From contig NW_027117349.1 of assembly GCF_038025025.1 (NCBI RefSeq), positions 868,001 through 932,000 on the forward strand: a stretch of 64,000 bases of DNA. The letters run 5' to 3'. Position numbers and translations under genes: made by a program. The notes below the pieces were generated by a model. That model was not told the origin of the DNA. It saw only the letters and a list, made by a program, of their open reading frames with translations, and made no database searches. Below, in pieces: positions 36,911 through 49,732 of this stretch. Positions within the stretch are counted from its first letter, which is position 1. Every line of letters begins with the position of its first letter. This stretch comes from Phyllosticta citribraziliensis. Its lineage: Eukaryota.

Positions 36911-38591
36911 ATGCCAGGCATAGAACATCATCAACACGCAATCAAACCATTGCTCGCCTCAGACCTCTGGTCTGCCGCCAAGAGCAAGCGAGCGCAGAGA
37001 GAGAAGACACGGACCGGTTGCACCGCTGTCGATGAAGCGCTGAGAGGCGGCGTGGAGGGCTTCATTGCTGTCACCGGGGATAAGGGCAGTGGGTGTACGG
37101 CGGTAAGTTGGGTTTGCATGCTTGCATTATTCGATGTTGGTTTGAGGTATCTGCGCTTTTGATACTTTTCTCGAGTCCTTTCCTTCTCTTGTCTGTCCCT
37201 TTTCTCTTTTTCGTGTTCGCCTTTGGAAGACCGCGCGGCGTCTCGTTGCGGATTTGAGTATTGCACGAGTCTCCAGTCGTCAAATTTTCAAGTCTTTTGC
37301 ATGTTCTGTTTACTCTACACTGAGCTTGCACGTTTTGTCCCCTTTCATGGCTCCTTTCTGACGCCTCCCGCTGCACGCCATAGCTTGGCTTTGCTCTCCT
37401 GTCATCGCATCTCATCTCCTCGCCCACAGCACACGCCACGCTGATCGACACGGCGGGGACGTTCGACGTCGGCCGCCTCTACGCGACCATCCTGTCACAC
37501 GTGCGCCAGAGACGGCGCCTCGCAAGAGCGCAGCTTCGTAACCAAACAGCGACGTCGGCGCTTACGCCGCAGGAGCAGAAGCAACGCCAGGCCGATTCTG
37601 ACGCGGTAGGTGAAGGGGGAGAGGAGGAAGAGGCGGCGAGGGTCCTCGATCGGGTCAAGTATGCGCGCGTGTTTGACTTTGTGGGCATGGTCGATGCGGT
37701 GACGGAGGTGCGGGAGCTTTTAGAAGCGCCAACGCGACGGGAAGAAGGGGGAGAGCGTGAAGAGGAGCCGAGCGTGGAAAAGGTGGCCTTGCAGGAACCC
37801 GGGAAAGAGGCGGAGAGGAGAGGTCTCAAGAGGATACGGAGTGACGTCACCCACATCGACGACACGGACGACGAAGTGGACAGCGAAGATGACGCAGATG
37901 CCATGGTGCTCGATGCCACGGGAGAAGAGGCAGAACCAGAGGCCCAGGCGCTCGGGGAAGAAGCTCCGCTGGTGTCAGATGGAGGCACAGGGGAGGGCAT
38001 GATTGTCGTGGATTGCATATCCCACATCGTCAGCCCGATGATGAAGACGAACCACGTCCAGAGTAAGATCTCACAGCGTGGCACTGTTCCGCAGCTAACA
38101 GGTATCAAGCGTCTGCACTTTTATCCTCTTTCCTGCGGTCACTGAAGCACCTCACGGCATCCCATAACCTCACCACCATTCTCATCAACGGCGCAATCAC
38201 TTGGAATGTTTCAAGACAGCCTGCATCTACCATCGCCAACCATACTCGGCCCCCAATTCGAGGGCCGACGCATACTTCGTCCATCTTCTCTTCATCTTCG
38301 CACATAGTCCCGGCACTTTCGCCCATGTTGGCGGCACGTGTCGATCTGCATTTGCTGCTCACAGTGCAGCCGTGGTCACACAGTGATGCCGTTTCGCTGA
38401 ACTCGACAGCCGGCGCGCCATCTCAGGGAAGCCAACGGCCCAGGGCAGGGAAGAGAGCAAACCAGGTGGGAGTGTTGGAAGTTCTCAGCGATAGGTACGG
38501 CGACAGGGTGGGCAGATGGGGGCCCTTCTTTGTGGATGCAGAGGGTATCATTGCTGACGTGGATGGACATGGGAAAAGAGAGGAGAGATGA
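36911..38591 (+). CDS. Divergent Rad51 paralog (RecA fold; RAD51D/XRCC2-like)
   Basis: Exons 36911-37102, 37384-38062 and 38110-38591. Motifs TGCTAVDEALRGG, P-loop GDKGSGCT, LIDTAGTFD, LDRVKYARVFD and Walker B MIVVD. Confidence 0.8.
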
Positions 38592-38784
38592 AGGACTGAG
38601 AGGAGGGCGCAGTGGAAGGCGGCCTCGTTGTGCACTGCGGCTCTCCCAGCAATGCAGCATGCCACCGTCCATTGTTTCGCGCCCAATTCGTTTGCGGGCT
38701 TAATCATACAAGCGAAGAACCATCTATCCGCCGGTCCGCGCCTTGAATGTGTAGTCCCAAAGTGATCCATCTCGAATTGGCCTC

Positions 38785-39414
38785 TTAGAATACAGTCGGC
38801 GGCTTGGGCTTGAAGATCCAAAACTGCTTGAGACCCTTCTCTTCCATGGACGTGTCGATCATGCCCAGCGTGCGGACTTCTTGAGGCTTGGGGACATTTT
38901 CAGGGCGAGGAGTGGTTGCCTCCTTCTGGCGCATGACGGCTTGGAGCTTGGCTTTGGCAATGTACTGTGCGGAGTCACGGCCACATTAGCATCTCGGGCT
39001 CTTTTCTCTGAAGCCGGAAACCCGCCCGCAAATGAAAGTAGTGAGATATCAGACGACGACGCGGTGAATGCCCAAGAAACCAATGCCCGGACTGCATACC
39101 TCCTTCTTGTGGTGAAGGCACTCGTAGTAGTCTTCAAGCGGGAGCTGGCATTTGGCCTTGCCCTCGGGGTTCTCGGGCGAGGCGCTGAGCACGTAGCAGG
39201 CGAGGACCTCTTGCCAGAATGGAAAGCAGCGGGACGGGCCTGCAAGGTGGCGGGAGATGGGAAGTCAGTCGAGTGGACACGATGGTGGTGATGATGATGG
39301 GGTTCGTTCGGGATCGGGCCGCCTCGAGGAGCGATTGACGGCTAACTCTGGGGAAAGCGGGCGCATTGGGCAATGGAGAGACATACCGCCGTTCAAACCG
39401 TAGCCAGAAGCCAT
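38785..39414 (-). CDS. NDUFS5: Complex I accessory subunit, NDUFS5 homolog
   Basis: MASGYGLNGGPSRCFPFWQEVLACY..KCQLPLEDYYECLHHKKE with twin CX9C; three exons. Confidence 0.92.
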
Positions 39415-40220
39415 GATGCAGGGTCGAGATGTGTAAATAGAAGCGATACCGGGAGCTTGATGGCGCAAGGAGCTCAGCCTACGGTACGGGAGCTGCCCGG
39501 GGCGGTGTTGCGGCGGCGGCACGGATGCTGGTGAGGTCAGGCCTTGGCGCGGGAGATGACATAAGCCTCGCGGCCATTGGGCTCGCCTGGCGTCCCCACA
39601 AGTCGACGGAAAGCTTCCGTTTGACTCTGACCACCACGATGATCCAAAACCATGTGCATTTGTCAACCGCCTCTTTACTGGTTCTTTCTTGTGGGACACG
39701 GATCGATGCAGGTGCCTTTTCCCCCTGAAAGGACCGCTTCCGAACCCGACGAATGACACGCTTTAACTTTTCCCTGCAGGATTCCCGGTTCGCCAACGTT
39801 ATTCAAAAGACTGCACTTCGCATTCGGATTCAGCAGCCAAGATTGCTATCTGTCAAGCTGGAATAGCAAACATGTGCCACTGCCGCTCTCTCCCCGCCTA
39901 AGCTTGAGCTTGTCTGCTGAACGGCACTCAAAGTGCACTACCCGAACAATTTCACGATTACCCGACGCCACGACGGCTTGAACAGCCCCGCGGTCCTACC
40001 CCCCGCGTGGCCCTGTGGATCTACCGCTGCTGTTTGTGGGGACTACACCAGAATAACAGCGGATCCTAGCCCCCTCTCTTGCATATATCTCGTGAGCTCC
40101 CTGTGACGATTGTGCTTTTGGAAATCTACAAATTCCTCCGGATCCTCGAGCCAGCCACCTCATCCTTCCGCACTGCCCCACCTCCATCCCCTCACTAACA
40201 TCCCCTCGAACTGATTTACA

Positions 40221-41237
40221 ATGGCGACCAACGGTGCCTCCACCAACGGCAACACCTACACTGGAAAGCCCTCGCGCAAATTTGACCCTACCTTTACCCA
40301 GAGGGTCATTGACGCGACTGGACCCAAGGCCACTCCGCGCATCAGACAAGTCATTGGCAGCGCGATTCAGCACATCCATGACTGGGCGCGAGAGAATGAG
40401 ATTACCGTGGACGAGTGGATGGCAGGTGTCGACATAGTACGAATCAAACTCATGCATACCGGGCCTCGCTAACTCTTGGGCAGATCAACCAGGCTGGTCA
40501 AATGTCGAACGAAAAGCGCAACGAAGGTCAGCTCGTGTGCGATGTCCTGGGTCTCGAATCGCTGGTCGACGAAATCACCTACAAGCTCGCCACGGACGCC
40601 AAGGATCAGCCCACTGCGACTGCCATTTTGGGGCCATTTTACCGACACGACGCCCCCAAGCGGGCCATGGGCGACACAATCGTCTTTGGAATCGACAATG
40701 GCGACGACGCGTTGATGTTTGGACAAGTGACGGACTTCAAGACTGGCAAGCCCATCGAGGGCGCTGTGCTGGACGTTTGGCACACTGCTCCCAATGGCCT
40801 CTACGAGCAGCAAGACCCAGACCAGCCGGACTTCAACTTGCGTGGACGGTTTGAGACGGGGCCGGACGGAAAGTACAACTTTTACTGCCTGCGCCCTACC
40901 AGCTATCCCATTCCCTTTGATGGCCCGGCCGGGAAATTGCTGCAGCTGCTGGACAGACACCCGTTCAGGCCGGCGCACATTCACTTTATTGTAAGTCTCC
41001 CTCGATCTCTTTTGCTGTTTCTCTTGAGCAAATGCTGACAGCTGGAAGCTCTCTGCCCCTGGCTACAAGCCAATCGTCACCCAGATCTTCGACCGCCGCG
41101 ACAAGTACATCACCAATGATTCGGTCTTCGCCGTCAAGGACGACCTCATTGTAGACTTTGTTCCGAGAAAGGGCGACCCCAAGGCTCAATACGAGCTGCA
41201 GTACGACTTTAGGCTGGCAAGCTATGATGATGCGTAA
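40221..41237 (+). CDS. Intradiol ring-cleavage dioxygenase (catechol/hydroxyquinol 1,2-dioxygenase type)
   Basis: Motifs ILGPFY, GLYEQQD, SYPIP and RPAHIH supply the Tyr/Tyr/His/His iron ligands; two introns. Confidence 0.95.
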
Positions 41238-42009
41238 TGTCACCAAGTCCGACATGTGGAGGGCGCTTTCTGATACTCGTCCAGTGTTGACGCCAAGTTG
41301 TAACCACCTGTTGTTTTTCGAGGCGTTGGTGGAAGTTTTTCGACCTCGGTTGGATCCTGGAGGACGGTCCTTTTGTTGTACGATTTCCTTAGTCGGCGGT
41401 TGGCGGTTAGTGGAAATAATGAACTTCAGACTGCAATGACAGCTCAATTTCAATGTCCAGACGCTCACGGTGAGGAGAGATGCAGAGTGGATGCCGTGCT
41501 CCGGGCGACACAGCTGCCCTGGCCGGAAAAGCGATAAGCACCCCGACCCCGCCTATCGCCTGCATGACGCAACTACGCCGTGGATAACCGAAAGGAGCGA
41601 ACTACATGTACCTATCATCCGTCCCCCACCGTTGCTCTGCTGCACTTTGCTGATATACATCCCAAACCGTCTTCCGCTTTGCCGGCTACTGCTGCTGCTT
41701 CGCCATCACTTTCGAGCGGGGCAGAGATACCTAGCCCAAAGGAATGGGAGAATAGGCCGCACATTCGGCACTGCCTCTACAGCCCGCGCGCCCTTTGACA
41801 TTTTCGGGTCCGTGATTACCAAGGGACGACGTATATAAGACGAATCACAGCTCTCGGCTGCTGTGGAATTCCCATCAACTTCGTCTCGGCGCTAAAATAG
41901 TATCCCCCGCGGCCGCTTCAGCCTTTCTCCATCCGGCCTCTCTGCTACAAACCTCAATCCTCCTCCAATTGCACTTTTGAGCCACTGCCAATTCACTACG
42001 GCGCGCAAC

Positions 42010-44190
42010 ATGGCCACAATCCCTTTGGGTCGTTATCTGTGGGAGAGGTAGGCCGACGCGTATCCAAGGCATCTTGCAGCCTGGTGACTTCTAGCTGGAG
42101 TACGAGCTAACGGAATCCAGAATCCACCAAGTCGGCGTCGACACCATCCTCGGCGTACCGGGCGACTTTAATTTAGACTTTCTTGACTACATCTACGATG
42201 TGGAAGGGTTGAGATTCGGTAAGATTGGATGAAATCGGAATTGAGCCGTCAATTGACTTGTCCAGTTGGCAGCGCCAACGAGCTGAATGGAGCGTATGCG
42301 GCGGATGGATATGCGCGTGTCAAGAATGTTCCTGGCGTCATGGTCACGACGCACGGAGTTGGTAAGTCTCTTCCCCTACTCGGAGAGACTGTGCTCACGT
42401 ATGGACAGGTGAACTCAGTGCCCTGAACGGCATTGCGGGTGCTCACTCAGAGCAAGTGAAATTAATTCACGTTGTTGGACAGACAACCCGTGCCATGCAG
42501 GACAACCACATGCTCATCCATCATTCGATTGACAGTGACCAGCCTGACCATTCGGTCTACAGCAAGATGTCCAAGCTCGCTCGCGTGGATGAGGCCCAAC
42601 TGTGGGATGTCAAGGAAGCTCCAGCACAAATTGATGTAAGACAGCAGACGTCCTCATTGGGTGCTGGGCTAATAATCTGCGTAGCGTGTCATCCGGAGTT
42701 GCTTCCTCAAATCTCGACCTGTCTACATTTTCCTCCCCTTGGATTTGTCCGGCGAGCACGTACCTGCAGATTTGCTCAAAAAGCCGCTTGACGTTTCTCC
42801 CCCAGTAGACACAAAGGCCCAGGATGCCGCTGTTTCTGCCATCATTGAAGCTCTTTCCTCGGCCAAGAATCCCGCCATCTTTGTTGATATCCTCACGCAA
42901 CGCCACAATGCTGTCCAGGAAACCCGCGACTTTGTCGAGAAGTTGCAACTGCCCATCTACGCATCCAATATGGCCAAGGGCATCGTCGATGACTCGGATC
43001 CCAATTTTGTCGGCATCCTCAATGGCAAGTGGGCTCTTCCGGGCGTGTTTGAAGCAATCTCCAAGTCCGATTTTGTGCTTGTGCTCGGTGACCTTCCAGG
43101 AGACACCAATTCCGGTTTCTTCAGCCGCGGATTCAATGAGAGCAAGATGGCAAGAATCGATGTTTTTGACGTCAGTGTCAAGGGAAAGAAGTACGAGGGC
43201 ACCTTTATCAAGCCGCTTCTTGCAAAACTGGTAGAATCCGTCCCCGCACAATGGAAGCCGCAAGCAACAATCCCGAAGCTTCCAACTCTCGAAGACAGCC
43301 CTGAGCATCCCGCGCATCAGGTCAAGAAATTCCCAGAGAATCAGATCACGCAAAGCTGGATGTGGGACAAGATCATGTCGTTTGTGCGATCAGGGGACGT
43401 GGTGCTGGGAGAAACGGGCACGACGCTGTTTGGCATTGCAGATGCAAAGTGCCCAGTTCCAAATGTCCGGTAAGTATTTGACTGCAGTCTGTCGAAGCCT
43501 GTGACTAACAATGCGTAAGCTTTCAAACTCAGACTTACTATGGCTCGATTGGATGGGCGACTCCAGCCACCCTCGGCGCAGAGCTGGCGCAGCAAGAAAT
43601 CTCCGCGCAGAGGAAGAAGCAAGGCGAGGTGGACCCCAAAGCAGCGCGCGGTCGGACCATCTTGATCACGGGAGACGGCAGCATGAACCTCACCATGCAA
43701 GAGGTTGGAACAATGATTAAGAACGGAACGAGGCCGATCATTTTTGTCTTGAACAACTCGGGCTACACGATTGAGCGCGTCATCCACGGAGCACATCAAA
43801 GTAAGTGGAGTCAGCTGTTTAAGGTTGGCCGTCTTCGCGCATTGGCAAGGCGACAGACAAGCACGGCGGGAAGAGGGCGAAATATGCTTAATGTTTGTGA
43901 GCGACGGCTGACGCGTAGCAGCGTACAACGACGTCAACCCGGCGTCCTACCAATACCTGCTTCCATTGCACCAACACCCAGCGCCGTCCACTTCGTACCG
44001 GAGGTGTGCATCCAAGCAAGAACTCTTGAACATCCTTGCAGACCCCGAGCTCGCAGATCCCAAACACCTCCAGCTGGTCGAAATCGTCCTCGACAAGTTG
44101 GACTGCCCGTGGAGGCTGCTCGAAATCATCAAGTCGCGACCGGGCAAGGTGGACGAACTCAAGGCCGAAGGGTTTTTAGACAAGAACTGA
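42010..44190 (+). CDS. TPP-dependent 2-oxoacid decarboxylase (pyruvate/phenylpyruvate decarboxylase family)
   Basis: Motifs [32 protein letters not shown] and [13 protein letters not shown]; multi-exon. Confidence 0.94.
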
Positions 44191-45531
44191 AAAGAGGAGC
44201 TTGCACTGATTCAGCGGTGTTTTGAGAGTGTGCGCGAGGTCCGACAAAGTGGCGTGGAGTAGAGTTCCGGCAAGGTTTAAGCGTATTTGCGGATTGGCAT
44301 GCTTGAGAAGACGTCTAAACATTCGCGATCTGACTGAAGAATTGAAAATGGTCTCCGCACGGATTTGCAAAGGGTGTGCCGAGCGCAGCCAGCGTGAGGC
44401 TGTTCCGCTGCCGAGAATAGACTGAAGCTCCTGAGTGGACTAACGAGTGCGCTTGGGCAGAAGTGGTTGGGCCAAGGCACAAATCCTCGAGCTTGGGCGG
44501 CAGCGTACTGCATCCCGGCACAAAGTCTATCCTACATGGATTCCTGTATTGTTGGTGAGAGAACGGTTCCTGACATTTGCCAAAGCCCATATCTCCGGCG
44601 TGCCAGGTGGGGAGCAGCTTCGCCTACCACCTGCCTGATCGGGCCTGGAGCTCGACGGGAGTGTGCCACAACCTCTGCGACGTGCTTCTGCAGCGCTGCT
44701 CTTGGTGCTGCTTCTTCTACATCTTCTTCTTTTCGCCTACTCTGCAACTCTCACTCACCGCCCCCGCCCGTCCGACCTAGACATGTGTGTTGCTTGGCCA
44801 GATCCCGACCGGCATGTCTTTTGCGGTTGTTGCTGCTGCGCACCCGCTTTTGCACTCTCGCATCCCAGCGCGAACGTCTGCCGCCTGGCGTGAGCCGTAC
44901 CAGGGAGCCTTCGAACGCCTCTCCCGCCAAACTCCCCGTGGGGAAGCTGACTGCACGAGACAACCGGAAGCAAGCCACCACACCACTAGCCCCATGATGC
45001 TGCTTGTCTCTTGATCAACAGCAGCCCACATGGCTCAGAGAGTGGGCCAATGACGGAGGGTTAGACAGGGGGCACCACTCCCCCGCCGTCGGTCCGCATG
45101 CGAAAAAAGAATCCAATGTGCCACGCACCGGCAATGCCATGCGTGGATCGGCGCACAGCAGCCGCAGCAGCCAACATGATGTAACTTGCAGACCAGACCG
45201 GACAACAAAAAGCATCAGGCATGGCGTGCCAGCGAGTCACTGGCGCAGGTCATGGGTGGTGGCCCTGTTGCCCCCAAGCAGCAAGCAGGGTCACTCGCAT
45301 TTGTCTACATGGATGAGCTCGCGGCGGCCCGCTGTGGTCCATGCCTACTCAGCGTCCCATATTATTTACCCGCCTTCTCGTCCTGTGGCCGTTGAGAAAA
45401 TTTGGCTCTTGTCTGGCTGTTCGCTCCCTTGGTTCCCTTCCCCAGGTGCTCCAGCGATAAACGGCGCTTCCGCGAAGCGAGAGACGGAGCCAACTCTTGT
45501 TTCTCGACTGCTTCGCGCCATCTTGTCAACC

Positions 45532-47294
45532 ATGCTGTCTTTTGCTTCTTTGATGCTGCTGCTCGCGCCGCATGTTATCGGCACTTTTGCTTACCCTCAA
45601 CATGCTACGCGCCAATCCACCGCCGGTCCGAACAAAGAGAGGGCAGATGCAGTCAAGGAGGCCTTTCAGTTTGCGTGGGACGGATACTACACTTATGCCT
45701 TTCCGAACGACGATCTGCGTCCAATCTCCAACAGTGCCGGCAACTCGAGGTTTGTTTGTGGTTTGCGAAGCGTCAGAATTGCGCTGACAGTTCCAGAAAT
45801 GCCTGGGGCGCAAGTGCCGTGGATGCACTGAGCACAGCACTCATCATGGGGAAGACGGAAGTCGTCAAGCAGATTTTGGACTACATTCCCATGATCGATT
45901 ACACCACAACCGCTACAGAAGTGAGCGTGTTTGAGACGACGATTCGTTACCTGGGGGGCATGATTTCTTCTTACGAGCTGCTCAAGGGACCTCTGAAGAA
46001 CTTGTCAAACGACGTTTGTCAGCCTTGGAATCAGCGGAAGACGTGCTAACCATGGAGCAGACACAAGGCGTTCAAGCCTTGCTTGACCAATCCGTCACCC
46101 TCGCAAACGCCTTGAAGTTTGCGTTTGATTTGAACCCGACGGGTATACCATCAAACAACATCTACTTTACCAACCAGTCAGACGACGGAACCCCATCGAA
46201 TGGAATCGCAACGATCGGAACACTCGTCCTCGAGTGGACTCGACTCTCTGATTTGACTGGCATCAATGAGTATGGCCAGCTCACCCAGAAAGCCGAATCA
46301 TATCTGCTCGACCCGCAGCCGGCTTACAACGAGCCCTTCCCCGGTCTCATTGGGACGTACGTGGGCCTCAACAATGGATCTTTCATCGACGCTACGGGAG
46401 GTTGGATTGGAGGCGATGACTCGTTTTACGAGTACTTGATCAAGATGTGGGTCTATGACCCGAGCCGATTCGAGCTCTACAAAGATCGGTGAGTATGCCG
46501 TCTCCTGGTGATAGCTTCTGCTAACGTGCCCCAGATGGGTCACTGCCGTCGAATCGTCGATCACTTACCTTGCCTCGAATCCCAGCAGCCGTCCAGACCT
46601 TACCTACCTCGCGGCGTACGACAACACAACGATACTCAAGGTGTCGGAGCACTTGGCATGCTTCAATGGGGGTAACTTCATCCTCGGCGGCAATGTACTC
46701 GGCCGCGAAGACTTTGTCGACTTTGGCCTCACGCTCGTCGACGGCTGCCGCAACACGTACGCCAGCACGCGCACCGGCATCGGCCCAGAAGTCTTTTCGT
46801 GGAACACAACCACGCTGCCGGCCAACCAGTCGGCCTTTTACTCGCAAAACGGCTTCTGGATCCGCACCGCAGACTACAACCTGCGGCCCGAGGTGCTCGA
46901 GTCGTACTACTACGCATACCGACAGACAAAGGACCCCAAGTACCAAGAGTGGGCGTGGGAGGCGTTCCGCGCCATCAACGCGACGGCGCGGCGCGGCAGC
47001 GGCTTCACGTCGATCAAGAACGTCAACGTGGCGGGCGGCGGCGCCGCGGGCGACAACCAGGAGAGCTTCTTCTTCGCCGAGACGATGAAGTACGCGTACC
47101 TGATCTTTGCCGAGGACGCCGAGTACCAGGTTTTTGGCGGCGCGAATGGCGCGAATGAGTGGGTCTTTAACACGGAGGCCCATCCGGTCAGGATTGCCGC
47201 TGCGGGCAAGGCGAGGAGGAGCAGCGGTGGCGCCGGGCGTGTGCATCGGAGCGTTGAGGATGTCGCTGGCGTTTTGGGGAGGGAGATGGTGTAG
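45532..47294 (+). CDS. GH47 alpha-1,2-mannosidase, secreted
   Basis: Signal peptide; motifs [47 protein letters not shown] and NTEAHP. Confidence 0.96.
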
Positions 47295-49732
47295 AGTGAG
47301 AAGACTACCGTAGACGGAATTCGATCGTTGCCATCATTGCTTTTGTTAAAAGATCCTTGGAGGAGAATCTGCACCACGCTGATTTATTTCCTGGTCATGC
47401 TTGCTTTTACGCTCAGCCCCCAGGTCTCTGCCGTTGGTTTGGTAGGCTGTTAGAAGCTGGCGGCGGGTAACTGCAGTAGCTGGACAGCACCCGGTCAGGA
47501 ACGGAACCGGTACCGGAACCGTCGAATGAGGGAGCTATGTACATAGCTTATTTGTTATCCCTCCTCTTGCTTTGTCGCCTGGGCTGACGTCTTCCTGGCT
47601 TGGATGTGGTACATACGTGCAGATCGACAGGTGCTTGCTTGGGCGTCCTATGAGCAAGGCCTACAGCAGAAGTCGTAGACACAACAGACTTGGCGAATAG
47701 CATGTGTCCTGTGATGGCAGACGAATACTTCATGGGCGTCGCTATGATGGTGGAGGACTGCTCCCAGCGTGGAGCCGCAGTGTCAGGTACCTAGGTACGT
47801 AGAATGGTTGGTGACGAAGCCGCAGCACACCATGCAACGGCCCGCGCCCCTGTCGCAGCCACTGGTCAGCTAGTGGTCGACTAGGCACCCTCGATGCGGT
47901 ACTGTGCAGTTCAGCTCAGGGGCAGAGCTGCTACTTTGGGATGAGGCATGTGGTGTGGAGTGGGTGTTTTCGCATGTAGCGATGAGGAAGGGGGGTAAGG
48001 CCTGTGAAGAGGCGACTGCAGTGACGGGCAGTAGCATTTTTTTTCCGAATTGATGATCTCGTTCCATACTCGGCACTCGAGTGCTCCCTGTAACTCTTGT
48101 CGATGTTTGGACGCTGTTGAAAGCTCGGTGTTGACCTCACTGTCGAAGTGCACGAGCGCTTCCCATCTGCTCTCGTGCTTTGCGATATACGCTAGAACTG
48201 TTGCCACCTTCTGTCACAACTGTGGCGTACATCTGACGCCATGTACAGGTACACTCACGGTGCTCTCTCTCACCATCGGTAGCCAGAGCAGCAATCGCAC
48301 CTCGCCATAACTTCCACAGGACAAGACCCAGGGGTGCAAGGAAGGCTGAGCAAAACTAGAGGTACCCCTGCAGCAGATCAACTGCGCAAGCTGAAAAGGG
48401 ATCGAGTCGCGTCACATCACCACCTCCCCCGCCGGCGCCATCTAAGCTGAGGAGGTAAGGAAGGTAGGGTACAGACATATCGAAGGTAGGTCGCGGACCG
48501 TCTCCCGCGTGCCGCCACCCGATCGCGCCCGCATCCCTCCAGATCTCCGTGCCCACCAATGCCTGTGTGGCGCGTGGTGGTGCATTGCTGTAGAGTGCTT
48601 GCTACGCCCATGTGCGAACGAGATGCGCCATCTCATCTCAACACAGCAGGGTAGTGGTCAGGAAATGGGAGCACGCCAGCCCCTGAAGATCGGCGAGCGT
48701 GTGGTCACTGGAAATGAGGAGATCTGGGCCTTGGTCGCGGATGCACACGCCGCGATGGAGGATCTGGTGACGCGGGTAGTGGTGATGATGGTGCTCATTG
48801 CTGTACATGGAGTGGTGTTGCGCTTGGCAGCCACGTCCGCGGGACGGCATTGAAACACTCGTGGGGCGGGAGCTGATTGGCCACGTGGGTGTGGTCTACA
48901 GAAACAGTGAGCGGTCAGGTGGAAACGCTTTGGCTGGCTGGGCGCGTTTACGGTTGCGTTCAGGCTTTGAAGATCCTGTAAGAGGGGTGTCGAAGGATTG
49001 GAGTACGTGCTCAAGCACAATAGCCAGGTCGAGATTTATCCAGTCGTGATTTGATGGGGTTAGCAAAGGCCGCTTGCGAAGCTTCTTTGGTCAGCAACCA
49101 GGTGTAGTGCGATTAAGCATTTTTGATTGTCAAAGACGATCATTAGCCAAAAGACAACCAGCCCCCATGGCCCAAGACCGAGACGACATGCTTCCGGTTG
49201 GGGCTTTTTAGTTTCAGGGGCAGCTTCTGTCGCAGCGTTGCTTGGCGCCATTAGGCTTGACTTCGAGCTGTTAACCATGCTCGCGACATTCTTCGAACCG
49301 TTGATAAAGAAGCCGAGGGATTTTGGGGACACTGCGCTCAGGAAGTGGTACTCGCTTCTTGTCCCAATCCTGGTGCTCGTCCTGTCCAAACTCTCATATA
49401 GTGCAATGTGCAAGGCTAAGCAGGCAGTGCGGCTGCGAACCGGCATCTGCTTGCTCGACACGAGCCCAAGCGAAACAGCGTCGTCCAATGACCGGGTTGC
49501 ATTCTTGGTGGCTTGGAGAGCTGCGCGGAGAGAGACTCCCAGGCTGTGACGTTCGAACCAGAGGTTGATTCAGGCATAACCTTCGTTGGCCGCATCCTCC
49601 GCCACGTTCCGCCTAGACGGTAGAGGAGCTCACCCGAATAAGAATGACAGTCGCGCCTCCTGCGCACTTTGTGTCCCGCTCGCTGCCAATTCAAGTCCTA
49701 GGCGTTTTCGGTATTTCCATCCCAATGGAAAC

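Noticed and set aside
38063..43520. Three introns with AAG acceptors (Rad51 paralog, dioxygenase, decarboxylase)
   Set aside because: AAG is an uncommon but established fungal 3' splice site.
47911..48310. Protein-like minus-strand ORF (VATVLAYIAKHESRWE...)
   Set aside because: I could not build a convincing start or exon structure, and no family was recognised.
49277..49549. Hydrophobic ORF upstream of and in frame with the GT90 gene
   Set aside because: Two stops separate it from the gene, and I found no clean intron bridging them.
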